Source of the DNA: Verrucomicrobiales bacterium
Lineage (GTDB): Bacteria; Verrucomicrobiota; Verrucomicrobiia; Verrucomicrobiales; SLCJ01
Assembly: GCA_046075565.1 (NCBI GenBank)
Contig: JBJTQJ010000082.1
Coordinates: forward strand, 1-64,000
Direction: 5' to 3'
DNA: 64,000 nucleotides
Shown: piece after piece, positions 40,201-48,782 of the stretch
Numbering within the stretch: the stretch's first letter is position 1
Layout: every line of letters starts with the position of its first letter
Made by a program: the position numbers and the translations under genes
The notes under the pieces: model-generated
The model's database searches: none
Told to the model about the DNA's origin: nothing
What the model saw: only the letters and a program-made list of their open reading frames with translations

Positions 40201-43200
40201 CGAACCCGGTGAAACCTTCACCTTCGTCTGGGGCAGCGGCTTTGAAAAGGCCCGCGCCCTCATCGAGTGGTATAAGGATGGGAAGCTGCTCCAGCGCGAG
40301 TGGTCCGCGCCCGGCCGCACCCAGCAAAGCTTCTCGCGTAAGGTCACCGAAGAAGACCGCGGCGGTTTCAGCGTACGGGTGACGCAAATGACCATGAACA
40401 GTCTGCAAACGAGGGTCATCCGCGCCTCGGTGCCCTGGACAACCAAGGAACTCAAGCTGCGCTGGGAACACATTACCGACAAACTCCAGCCCGGAGCCAA
40501 AGATACCTGGACCGCTATCATCACCGGAGCCGATGGCGAAGCCGCCGTTGCCGAGATGGTCGCCACCCTCTACGACGCCTCTCTCGAGGCTTTTGCCCCC
40601 CATTCTTTTTCGAGCATCTCCGGCATGTTCCGTATCGATCCGTGGATTTACGATCAAAGCCGGTTCTCCTCCGATACCGGTTCGTTCACGGACTTCTTCG
40701 GATGGGACGTGGAGACGCATGACGAGCCGGATGACCCCCTCTACCGCGAGTTCTCCGATGAAATCGAGATCTTCGGCCGGCAGTTCGCTTATGGCGGCGC
40801 AGGGGGCATGAGGATGGATAAAAGCAGAAACGGAGGCCGCGGCATGGCCCTTGGCGGCGGTGTCGCGGAAATGGACGGATTCGCCGCTCCCACTCCCGCT
40901 GCCGCCATGATGGCTGATGCCAGCGTCGAGCCCCTTGGAGGAGGCGAGAGCAGAAGCGCCGAAGCGAAGGCGGAAAACGAGCCCGCCGACGCCTTCGCTG
41001 GCGGCGGTGGTGCGCCGAAGGCCGACACCTCCAAGGTCGCCGCCCGCAAGAACCTCCAGGAGACCGCTTTCTTCTTCCCGCAGCTCACCAGCAACGACAA
41101 AGGCGAAGTGCGCATGAGCTTCACCATGCCCGAGGCGTTGACGGAATGGAAGTTCCTCGGCTTCGCCCATGATGCCCGCATGCGCTCCGGCTGGCTCGAA
41201 GGAAAAACCGTGACCGCCAAAGACCTCATGGTCCAACCAAACCCGCCGCGTTTCCTGCGCGAGGGCGACGAAATCGAATTCAGCGTGCGCATCACGAACC
41301 TCAGCGACAAGCCCCAGTCGGGCACCGCCACCTTCACGCTGGCCGACGGCGCCACCCTCGCTGATGCCACTGCCCGCCTCGGCATCACCTCGCCGGATCA
41401 AAACTTCGAAGTCCCGGCCAAGGAATCGCGCGCCCTTTCCTGGAAAATCACCGTGCCCGATGGGGCCGGGTTCCTCCAATACAAGGCCGTGGCCACCACG
41501 GGCGATCTCTACGACGGAGAACAAGGATGGTTGCCGATCATCCCGCGCCGCATCCTCGTCACCGAATCGCTCGCCCTGCCGGTGCGCGGAGCCGGGGAAA
41601 AGAAATTCTCCTTCGACAAACTGCGCGCGAGCGGACAATCCGACTCGCTGCAAACGCAGTTCCTCCATGTGCAGGCAGTTTCCCAGCCGGCTTGGTATGC
41701 CGTGCTTTCGTTGCCCTACCTCATGGAGTTTCCCCACGAGTGCGCGGAACAAACCTTCCATCGTTACTACGCGAATGCCCTCGCCCGCCATATCGCGCTC
41801 TCTGATCCGAAGATCCGCACCATCTTCGAACAGTGGAAAGGCACCGAGGCCCTCGATAGTCCGCTGCTGAAAAACGAAGATCTCAAAGGCATCCTCATCG
41901 AAGAAACACCGTGGTTGCGCGAAGCCAAGGATCAATCGGCCGCCCGCCGCCGCATCGCCCTGCTCTTCGACGAAAACCACATGGCCGACCAGCTCGGGCG
42001 CGCCCTCGAACGCCTCAACCAGATGCAGTATCACAACGGGCTATTCCCGTGGTTCGACGGAGGACGCGGCAACGAGTTCATCACCCTGAATATCGTGACC
42101 GGCTTCGCCCGCCTGCGCGCCCTCGGCGTGGAAACCGACATCACCCCCGCGCTCAAGGCCTTGGGTGCCCTCGACAACGCCCTCACCGAGCGCTACCGCG
42201 AGCTGAAGAAGGCAAAAGCGCTGGACGGCAACAACCTCGACCCCTGGATTGCCCACCACCTCTACACCCGCACCTTCTTCCTCAAGGACGTCGCCTTGCA
42301 ACCCGGCAACAAGGAAGCCTTCGATTATTTCAAAGGCCAAGCCGTCAAACATTGGGCCAGCCTCAACAGCCGTATGGCGCGCGCCCACGTCGGCCTCGGG
42401 CTGCACCGTCTCGGCGAAACCACCACCGCCAAACTCATCACCCGCTCGTTCCGCGAGAATGCCGTCAGCAACGAGGAGATGGGCATGTGGTGGAAAGACA
42501 ACGAAGGCGAAGGCTGGTGGTGGTGGAATGCCCCCATCGAAACCCAGGCCATGATGGTCGAGGCCTTCCGCGAAATCGACGCCGACGACAAAGCCGTCGA
42601 AGACTGCCAAGTCTGGTTGATCAAACAGAAACAAGTGCAGGACTGGAAAACGACCAAGGCAACCTCCGATGCGGTCTATGCCTTGTTGTTAGGCGGAAAG
42701 AACCTGCTCGGCTCCGATGCCCTCATCCAAATCAGCCTCGGCACCCTCGAAGTGAAACCCGGCAAAGTCGAACCCGGCACCGGCATGTTTGAAGTCCGCT
42801 TCCCCGGACCGGAGGTGAAACCCGAATTCGGCGACATCACCGTGCGCAAAAAAGACGAAGGCGTATCCTGGGCCAGCGTGCACTGGCAATACCTCGAAGA
42901 CATGGCCAAGGTGACCGCCCACAATGCCACCCCGCTCAAACTGGAGAAGGCGCTCTTCCTCAAGAAAAACACCGCCCGCGGACAAGAACTCGTCCCGCTC
43001 GACGGACCGGTGAAAGTCGGCGACGAACTCGTCACCCGTCTCGTGCTGAAAAATGATCGCGCCATGGAATTCCTCCATCTCAAGGACTACCGCGGCAGCG
43101 GCACCGAGCCGGTGAATGTGCTCAGCGGCTACCGCTGGCAGGATGGCTTCGGGTATTACGAAGTCACCCGCGACACGGCCAGCCATTTCTTCATCGACTA

Positions 43201-43348
43201 CCTGCCGCCCGGCACGCATGTCTTTGAATCGAGCGTGCGCGTCCAGCACGCCGGTCGTTATCAAACCGGCATCGCGGAAATCCGCTCGATGTATGCCCCG
43301 GAATTCAACGCCCACTCCGCCAGCATCCGCCTCGAAGCAGCGAAGTAA
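37274..43348 (+). CDS. Bacterial alpha-2-macroglobulin family protein (2024 aa) with thioester motif
   Basis: TDRAIYRPGQ (MG2), VEEYKRP, QETAFFFP, CAEQ thioester, YAPEF; signal peptide. Confidence 0.93.
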   Translation: MKLIRRLRALLLPVVIFAVMTTPNSPAAPRDADWKKVEEAMSNDQPKTVIELLGGIEAAAIADKSWGETAKSIVMRIGLGGRVEGGPQAALKTMDAELAKAPEEVKPILKVIQAHWYHSYFMQNRWRFAQRSATSQPPGDDIETWDLPRILGEVDNRFQAALEGKDAIRSQPIGLFKEVLSAAALGDTVRPTLYDFIAHQAIEFYSMEEVAASRPQDAFRIAATDPVFGSVDEFLAWKPETKDTTAPAYRALMIYKELLEWHRNDAERAAFFHCDLERIRWASEAAIGQEKAARREAAMRAFIETAAKDPSSADARFDLATLLAEAVKYKDARDIAKAGADAFPKHLFGQRLASFVAETEAPSLDLQLESTWTPAGSPIKVDYRNLSRVYFRAYPRKWSLGKNTIDSDPGPEEQKEVAALVKEKPVISWDVPLPDAGDFRPRVANLVAPESLRPGFYWIVASGRENFATNQNHLSVATVHVTDLAMIVRYAHGSKIIEGVLTNAVTGDPVSGVEVTMDYERNRLPGVSKEATRTGEDGVFSFKVGKEHSKRIFLAEREGNRAIVRQYAGSDEGREPPDTRDAIVFFTDRAIYRPGQTIQFKGIWCRTNTKTNEYSTVARANTTVSFMDMNGREVEKLEVTANENGSFAGSFTAPSGAVLGHFTIRTPHGATGVRVEEYKRPKFASEILPPEQQASLGQKVTVKAKATAYTGAAVDGAKVVWRVSRQPRWPGWIGCCWWFRMPADTGAQEIANGEGVTAADGTFAIPFDALPDKSIDPASEPIFDFSITADITDQAGETRSATYSLSLAYTALTADIVPPQWIEAGKEFPLEVMTSSHNGQPLPADGVLRVHRLKEPSVTPRPNPFADDGAPEPLPIDGAQPAGDEDAQPESANPDRWELGDIVADAKVTTAAEGDNKGSGEAKFTLQPGYYRAIFQTKDANGRDVQAMSGFQIVALDATNFPTNIPFHTDSLSEQLEPGETFTFVWGSGFEKARALIEWYKDGKLLQREWSAPGRTQQSFSRKVTEEDRGGFSVRVTQMTMNSLQTRVIRASVPWTTKELKLRWEHITDKLQPGAKDTWTAIITGADGEAAVAEMVATLYDASLEAFAPHSFSSISGMFRIDPWIYDQSRFSSDTGSFTDFFGWDVETHDEPDDPLYREFSDEIEIFGRQFAYGGAGGMRMDKSRNGGRGMALGGGVAEMDGFAAPTPAAAMMADASVEPLGGGESRSAEAKAENEPADAFAGGGGAPKADTSKVAARKNLQETAFFFPQLTSNDKGEVRMSFTMPEALTEWKFLGFAHDARMRSGWLEGKTVTAKDLMVQPNPPRFLREGDEIEFSVRITNLSDKPQSGTATFTLADGATLADATARLGITSPDQNFEVPAKESRALSWKITVPDGAGFLQYKAVATTGDLYDGEQGWLPIIPRRILVTESLALPVRGAGEKKFSFDKLRASGQSDSLQTQFLHVQAVSQPAWYAVLSLPYLMEFPHECAEQTFHRYYANALARHIALSDPKIRTIFEQWKGTEALDSPLLKNEDLKGILIEETPWLREAKDQSAARRRIALLFDENHMADQLGRALERLNQMQYHNGLFPWFDGGRGNEFITLNIVTGFARLRALGVETDITPALKALGALDNALTERYRELKKAKALDGNNLDPWIAHHLYTRTFFLKDVALQPGNKEAFDYFKGQAVKHWASLNSRMARAHVGLGLHRLGETTTAKLITRSFRENAVSNEEMGMWWKDNEGEGWWWWNAPIETQAMMVEAFREIDADDKAVEDCQVWLIKQKQVQDWKTTKATSDAVYALLLGGKNLLGSDALIQISLGTLEVKPGKVEPGTGMFEVRFPGPEVKPEFGDITVRKKDEGVSWASVHWQYLEDMAKVTAHNATPLKLEKALFLKKNTARGQELVPLDGPVKVGDELVTRLVLKNDRAMEFLHLKDYRGSGTEPVNVLSGYRWQDGFGYYEVTRDTASHFFIDYLPPGTHVFESSVRVQHAGRYQTGIAEIRSMYAPEFNAHSASIRLEAAK

Positions 43349-43409
43349 CGCGGCCGAACAGAAGCAGCATTGCCCGCTTCGCGGGCTTGAGCGACGATTG
43401 AAGATCGAA

Positions 43410-43545
43410 GATTGATGATTTCCGATTTCCTGAAGACCTTGAGACGCCAAGGAGAAGCGCGAAAAGTCGTCAATCCTCCGCGCGGAGCGTGTCCTTGCAT
43501 CGCTCGGCGGTGGCTTGCCCGTTGGAGTTCGGGCTTCAGCCCGTC
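43410..43545 (+). repeat. Compound dispersed repeat: ~65-bp unit also at 47349-47429, plus a half copy of the GTTGGAGTTCGGGC REP
   Basis: GATTG.TGATTTC.GAT...TGAA.ACCTTGAG.CGCC.AGGAGA.GCGCGA shared; 43521-43545 matches the 47462-47486 arm at 24/25. Confidence 0.75.
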
Positions 43546-43594
43546 GTGTGGCTTCAGTGACGACTGACTATTGTTGATCCTTGGAACAAAAATG

Positions 43595-43753
43595 AACCAC
43601 AGATTTCACCCTACGCCGCCCTACGGGCTATGAAGGGCAAACGGATAGGCACGGATTTAATGAATTGCGCGGCTGGCACCGCTCATCTTCTGGATGCCCA
43701 ATTCCTCTTTCATATCATCCTCAGTATCTGTGCTTTCCGTGTAATCCGTGGTT
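43595..43753. repeat. 9-mer-based inverted repeat (AACCACGGATTACACGGA type); left arm interrupted by a 33-nt insert
   Basis: AACCACAGATTTCAC[insert 43610-43642]GGATAGGCACGGAT pairs with ATCTGTGCTTTCCGTGTAATCCGTGGTT (43726-43753). Confidence 0.7.
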
Positions 43754-43874
43754 TTTGTTTCTGAACTCCCGATCAAACGGAAGATGTCCGACCGCGCCTC
43801 TGGCCGGTCATCGGGGAACTCCGGGCGAGGATCCACTTGGCAAAGCGCCCGGACAATGGCTTGGTTAGGATGAA

Positions 43875-45206
43875 ATGCCCGGCCTGACCCTGCACAGCAC
43901 CCGTTCACCCGAGATTTCCGTTTCCCTGGAGGAAGCGGTCATGAGCGCCCTTGCGCCCGATGGTGGGCTTTACATGCCCGATGTCATTCCCGTGCTGCCG
44001 GACTCATTCTGGAAGTCGTGGCGGGAACTTTCCTTCCCCGAGATGGCGGCGGAGGTAGCGGGCACCTTGTTCAAAAGCGCGATTGACCAAGCGACCTTGT
44101 CGTCCATGTGCCGGGAGGCTCTGGATTTTCCGGTGCCGGTGGTGGAACCCTCTCCGGGCTTGCGGGTGCTCGAGCTATTCCACGGCCCCACCCTCGCCTT
44201 CAAGGATTTCGGGGCTCGTTTGATGTCGCGTCTGATGGGTCATTTCGCAAAACAACGCGGAAAAGAACTGGTCATCCTCGCGGCAACTTCGGGCGACACC
44301 GGTGGCGCGGTCGCCAGCGCCTTCCATCATGTGCCCGGCACCCATGTGATCATTCTTTACCCCTCCGGCCGGGTCAGCCCGTTGCAGGAGAAACAACTGA
44401 CCACCCTCGGCGGCAATGTCACGGCCGTGGAGGTGGCTGGTTCGTTCGACGATTGCCAGCACATGGTGAAGTCGGCCTTTCTCGACAAGGCATTGTCGGA
44501 GCGGCGCGGCTTGACCTCGGCGAACTCGATCAACATCGCCCGCCTCGTGCCCCAGATGTTCTATTACTTCGAGGCGGCGCGTGCTCTGCCCGAAGGCGAG
44601 GAGCCGGTCTTCGTGGTGCCGAGCGGAAACTTCGGAAATCTAACCGCCGGATTGTTCGCCCAAGCGATGGGACTGCCGGTCAAAGCTTTCGTCGCGGCAA
44701 CCAATATCAACGACACGGTCCCGCTTTTCCTGGGCGGAGAGGCCTACGCGCCCAAACCATCGGTGGCCACCCTCTCGAATGCCATGGACGTCGGCGCACC
44801 GAGCAACTTCGAACGCATGTTCGCCCTCTGCGGCAGCGACGAGGAAAAATTGCGCGGGCTGGTGTTCGGCCAGGTGGTCAGTGATTCCGTGGCCTTGGCC
44901 GTGATGGAGCAAGTGTGGCGCGAGCATCGTTACCAACTCGACCCGCACACGGCGGTGGGTTGGCAGGCCGCCACCGATTGGCTCCGCGCCCATCCCGGCG
45001 ACCATCCCGTCGTGCTCTCGACCGCCCATCCGTCGAAGTTCCTCGAAACCGCCGCCCGCGCCTACGGCGGCGACCCGGTCGAGATCCCGGAACGCCTCGC
45101 CCGCCTCGCCAATCTGCCCAAACTTTCCGTGTCCATGGCCGCCGACCCCGAGGCATTCAAGGACTGGCTGGCCAAGGGAGGCGGCGCCTCCGAAGCCTAT
45201 TCTTAA
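43875..45206 (+). CDS. thrC: Threonine synthase
   Basis: LAPDGGLY, ELFHGPTLAFKDFGAR, ATSGDTG, NSINIAR, PSGNFGN, TAHPSKF. Confidence 0.96.
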   Translation: MPGLTLHSTRSPEISVSLEEAVMSALAPDGGLYMPDVIPVLPDSFWKSWRELSFPEMAAEVAGTLFKSAIDQATLSSMCREALDFPVPVVEPSPGLRVLELFHGPTLAFKDFGARLMSRLMGHFAKQRGKELVILAATSGDTGGAVASAFHHVPGTHVIILYPSGRVSPLQEKQLTTLGGNVTAVEVAGSFDDCQHMVKSAFLDKALSERRGLTSANSINIARLVPQMFYYFEAARALPEGEEPVFVVPSGNFGNLTAGLFAQAMGLPVKAFVAATNINDTVPLFLGGEAYAPKPSVATLSNAMDVGAPSNFERMFALCGSDEEKLRGLVFGQVVSDSVALAVMEQVWREHRYQLDPHTAVGWQAATDWLRAHPGDHPVVLSTAHPSKFLETAARAYGGDPVEIPERLARLANLPKLSVSMAADPEAFKDWLAKGGGASEAYS

Positions 45207-45330
45207 GGGCTGTGAGAGCGGCCTCTGCCTCTTGAAACCACCGGCCAAGAGGTCAACCGCCGGAGGCGGGGGCTTGCCGAGAGGCGGTTTCCTGCTATGG
45301 TTCCCGCTGCCCCTACCCCCGAATTCAACC

Positions 45331-46029
45331 ATGCCTGCCCTCCCGCGTTACCTTCTGGCCACCTTTTCCGCCGCGTTGCTGGTGCTGCCGTCGTGCAACA
45401 CCATCCCGAGCGCGGAGAAAAAGCAATCCGCCGCCTGGCAATTGCAGCATGACACCTTCCGCCAAGGCGAGAAGTGGAAAAAGGATTCTTTCGTGAATGA
45501 GGAGGTCGTCGCCAAACTCACGCCGGAGAATACCACCATGCGCGTGCAGTTGTGGGAACAACGCGGCCTTTTGCTCCATGCCGACAATGATATCGCGATC
45601 GATTTCCCCATTTCGAGCGGACGCCGCGCCTTCCCGACCAAACCCGGCAGCTACAAGGTTATCGACAAGAAGCTGAAGCACTCGTCCAACCTCTACGGCA
45701 AATACGTGGAACTCGAAACGGGCAAGGTGCTCAACTCCGACGTGGATACGACGGTGGACAAAATGCCGGAGAACGCGCGTTATGTCGGCTCGTCCATGCC
45801 GTATTTCCTGCGCCTGACCAACACCGGCCTCGGCCTGCATGTCGGCATCGTGCCGGGCTACCCGGCATCCCACGGTTGCGTGCGGGTGCCTGGCAAGATC
45901 ATGCCGAAAGTCTTTTCTCTTGTTCCGAAGGGCACTCCGGTCGAGATCGTGAAAGACAATCCCTCTCCCGCCACCGAGGAGAAGCCGGCTTCGAAAAAGA
46001 AATCGGGCGCTCAGGTCGCGCGAAATTGA
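45331..46029 (+). CDS. L,D-transpeptidase family lipoprotein
   Basis: Lipobox LPSC; PISSG...PT.PG, MPYFLRL, LHVG.VPGYPASHGCVR. Confidence 0.9.
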   Translation: MPALPRYLLATFSAALLVLPSCNTIPSAEKKQSAAWQLQHDTFRQGEKWKKDSFVNEEVVAKLTPENTTMRVQLWEQRGLLLHADNDIAIDFPISSGRRAFPTKPGSYKVIDKKLKHSSNLYGKYVELETGKVLNSDVDTTVDKMPENARYVGSSMPYFLRLTNTGLGLHVGIVPGYPASHGCVRVPGKIMPKVFSLVPKGTPVEIVKDNPSPATEEKPASKKKSGAQVARN

Positions 46030-46055
46030 TCCAGAATCAAAAACAGATTCATCGC

Positions 46056-46508
46056 ATGTCCGCACCCTTCGCATCAAGGGCCGACCGCAAGGCCGTCGAG
46101 AACGCCCTCGCCTTCGCGCCCAAGTTTGACGCCAATGGCCTCATCGTCGCCATCGCCACCGATTGGAAAACCAATGAGGTGTTGATGGTCGCCTACATGA
46201 ACGAGGAGGCCTTGCGCCGGACACTCGAGATCGGCGAGGCGGTATATTACAGCCGCAGCCGCAAGGAACAATGGCACAAGGGCGCGACCAGCGGTCACGT
46301 GCAGGTCGTGCATGAGATCCTCACCGACTGCGATCAGGACGCACTCGTGCTCAAGGTCGAACAGAAAGGCCCCGGCTGCTGCCACAACGGCTACAGCTCG
46401 TGTTTCTACCGCAGCGTGCCCATGGGCATCGCCGATGCCGGAGATTATCCATTGGAAAAAGCCGCCGAGCCGGTCTTCGATGCCGGCAAGGTCTACGGCA
46501 AAAGCTAA
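46056..46508 (+). CDS. hisI: Phosphoribosyl-AMP cyclohydrolase
   Basis: VLMVAYMN, YYSRSR..WHKGATSG, DCDQD, CH.GYSSCFY. Confidence 0.95.
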   Translation: MSAPFASRADRKAVENALAFAPKFDANGLIVAIATDWKTNEVLMVAYMNEEALRRTLEIGEAVYYSRSRKEQWHKGATSGHVQVVHEILTDCDQDALVLKVEQKGPGCCHNGYSSCFYRSVPMGIADAGDYPLEKAAEPVFDAGKVYGKS

Positions 46509-46511
46509 GCC

Positions 46512-47249
46512 ATGGCTGCAGTCTCCTCGCGCAGAAGATCAACGGGCAGCCCTCGTCTCCCGACGATGCGTCCGGTGGCATGGGTGTTTGTCATCGTGCT
46601 CGTGGCCGGGCTTTACGCGTGGGATCGGTGGAACGAAAACAACTCCCCGGACAAGAAACCAACACCAGCGGCGAAGGCCGAGCCGGGCAAAGCTCACGAC
46701 TCGAAACACTCCGAGAAGTCGAAGCCAAAGACCACCGCGGCCAGCGCGAACGGAAGCTGGCGCACGCTCGACAAAGCCCGCCTCGTCGAAAACGGCGGCA
46801 ATGATGGCGACAGCTTCTCCATCACCGACAAAAGCGGAGAACAGCGATACCGGCTCTATTTCGTGGACACGCCGGAAACCTCGCGGCGATTCCCCGACCG
46901 TCTCGGTCATCAGGCCCGCTACTTCGATGGCATCTCCTTCGATCAGTTGATCTCCGGTGGCAAGGAAGCAAAGGAGTATTCACTCGACCTGCTCCGCCGT
47001 CACGAATTGGAAATCTGGACAAAAGACGAACGTGTGGTGGACTCGGATCGCCTGCACGCACTCGTGCGTTTCCCTGACATGCCCGGCAAGCCGTGGTTGC
47101 ACGAGGAACTCGTGAAGGCCGGTCTCGCCCGGATCTATACCATGCCGACCGATCTGCCCGACGGCACCCCGAAGGAACAACACCTTAAGCATCTCAAGGA
47201 TCTGGAAGCCGGTGCCCGCCGCAACAAACATGGGTTGTGGGGTGAGTGA
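46512..47249 (+). CDS. Thermonuclease (SNase) family protein, membrane-anchored
   Basis: TM helix; DGDS, RLYFVDTPE, ELVKAGLAR, AR...GLW. Confidence 0.85.
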   Translation: MAAVSSRRRSTGSPRLPTMRPVAWVFVIVLVAGLYAWDRWNENNSPDKKPTPAAKAEPGKAHDSKHSEKSKPKTTAASANGSWRTLDKARLVENGGNDGDSFSITDKSGEQRYRLYFVDTPETSRRFPDRLGHQARYFDGISFDQLISGGKEAKEYSLDLLRRHELEIWTKDERVVDSDRLHALVRFPDMPGKPWLHEELVKAGLARIYTMPTDLPDGTPKEQHLKHLKDLEAGARRNKHGLWGE

Positions 47250-47459
47250 ATTTCGGAATGATCCGAATGGATCGTCGTAAACGGAAAACGGGGAATTGCC
47301 ATGGCCTGCTCGGACGCCTCACGGCTTCATTGACGAATGACGAGAGCTGATTGTTGATTTCGGATGTTCTTGAAAACCTTGAGGCGCCTAGGAGAGGCGC
47401 GACAAATCAAAATTCCAAAATCGTCAATCACCACTCATCAATCTTACGTGCGCAGCGGT

Positions 47460-47563
47460 GGGTTGGAGTTCGGGCTTTAGCCCGTCTCTTGCCGCGGTGA
47501 CAATGGTCCGACGGGCTAAAGCCCGAACTCCAACAAATTGCCCGCCATCATCACCGACAGGCG
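47460..47563. repeat. 104-bp repeat copy 1 (REP doublet with a 25-bp perfect stem)
   Basis: Identical to 47931-48034; arms 47462-47486 and 47510-47534 are perfect reverse complements. Confidence 0.95.
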
Positions 47564-47930
47564 CGCCGCTCGAATCGAAGCCTGGTCTGGCATCCGCGCG
47601 CCTCATCTGACACCTCCTGCCCATTGGCCGTCGGCAAGTCAACTACACATTCCTGCTCTTGGGGACAATGTGGATACACCCTCAAAGCGGTGGAGGAACC
47701 ACCGCAGTCCAGAGCCTCCGGCGGATGATGGGTGGCTCGATTCAAAATCGAAAGCGAGAGTATTCATGACGACTCTGCTGCGTAAGCGCCGCAGGCTCTC
47801 GGACCACTGGGATTCTTCCCAACTCTTGGGAGGACGAGTTGGACCGGCGATCATGCGCTATCCCGCGACAATCAAGGATTCGTGACGAGAGGCGGGGAAT
47901 AGCCATGGTCTGCGCGAAGACTCCGGTTCA

Positions 47931-48034
47931 GGGTTGGAGTTCGGGCTTTAGCCCGTCTCTTGCCGCGGTGACAATGGTCCGACGGGCTAAAGCCCGAACT
48001 CCAACAAATTGCCCGCCATCATCACCGACAGGCG
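47931..48034. repeat. 104-bp repeat copy 2
   Basis: Identical direct copy of 47460-47563, offset 471 bp. Confidence 0.95.
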
Positions 48035-48039
48035 TGCCC

Positions 48040-48744
48040 TCAATCCTTCTTCGGCTGATCTTTCCACACGATCTTCGATGCGTTGTCGGCACGGCCGATC
48101 TGTTTCACGTCGCGGAAGTCGATGCCCTCGATTTCCCCGCGTGAGCCTTTGCTGGTTAATTTCAGGAGACAGTCGCCGTCTTTGCAGCCGATATTCTTCA
48201 AGGTGACGCGAAAGGCGGTGTCGCGGTATTTCTCGGTGCCATTGCCGCGCACGGCGGTTCCGAAATCCTCGAAGCGGAGATTCTCGCCATGGAAAGGCCC
48301 CTTATGATTCATCTGCACGACCTTGTCGGCGGCATCGCGGGCACCGCCGCCGATCCATTTCACGTTCCCTCCATCGATCGTGACGGCATCTTCACCGACA
48401 TCCTCGAACCACACGTCGAGCAGCAGATTATTCCCCCGGCAATGGATGCCATCGGCGCCGGGTTTACCGATGATGACACGTTTCACGTTCGCGCCTTTCA
48501 TCAACGAGATGACCGGGCGCTGCGCTTCGCGCTGGCTGCCGTCGCCGAGTTTGCGGGAAGGAACGAATCGGGTGTAATTGAAATCGACCGTCTGGCCGGC
48601 CGGAATGATGATCGGGCTGTCCACCACGACCGTGCGGGTGGGTTCCGGCATTGCCCAGCGCAAGGGCGGGCCGTCGGCGCGGGCCGTTGCCGCCGCGGTC
48701 AACAGCAGCGCGGAAGCAATAAGAATTCGGGAAGAGGACGGCAT
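48040..48744 (-). CDS. Pectate lyase, PL3 family, secreted
   Basis: Signal peptide; DGSQ.E.Q.P, ADGIHC, VWFEDVGEDAVT, GGA..AADKVVQ.N. Confidence 0.85.
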   Translation of the reverse strand: MPSSSRILIASALLLTAAATARADGPPLRWAMPEPTRTVVVDSPIIIPAGQTVDFNYTRFVPSRKLGDGSQREAQRPVISLMKGANVKRVIIGKPGADGIHCRGNNLLLDVWFEDVGEDAVTIDGGNVKWIGGGARDAADKVVQMNHKGPFHGENLRFEDFGTAVRGNGTEKYRDTAFRVTLKNIGCKDGDCLLKLTSKGSRGEIEGIDFRDVKQIGRADNASKIVWKDQPKKD

Positions 48745-48782
48745 GGCGGATTTTCTAACAAGCGAGCCGAACCCACGCTTGT

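Noticed and set aside
39776..42034. 752-aa antisense ORF, and many similar shadow ORFs (e.g. 1019-2008, 3562-4629, 16052-17803, 60179-61543)
   Set aside because: Lie opposite or across well-supported genes and have no motifs; expected from high-GC codon bias
43349..43874. Thr leader peptide or riboswitch before thrC
   Set aside because: No Thr/Ile-rich short ORF on the + strand; the region consists of repeats
46512..47249. Thermonuclease as the mobilising enzyme of the adjacent repeats
   Set aside because: It is a membrane-anchored SNase-type nuclease without HUH or DDE motifs; the same repeats occur far from it
47460..48034. CRISPR array
   Set aside because: Only two 104-bp repeats with a 367-bp spacer; no cas genes
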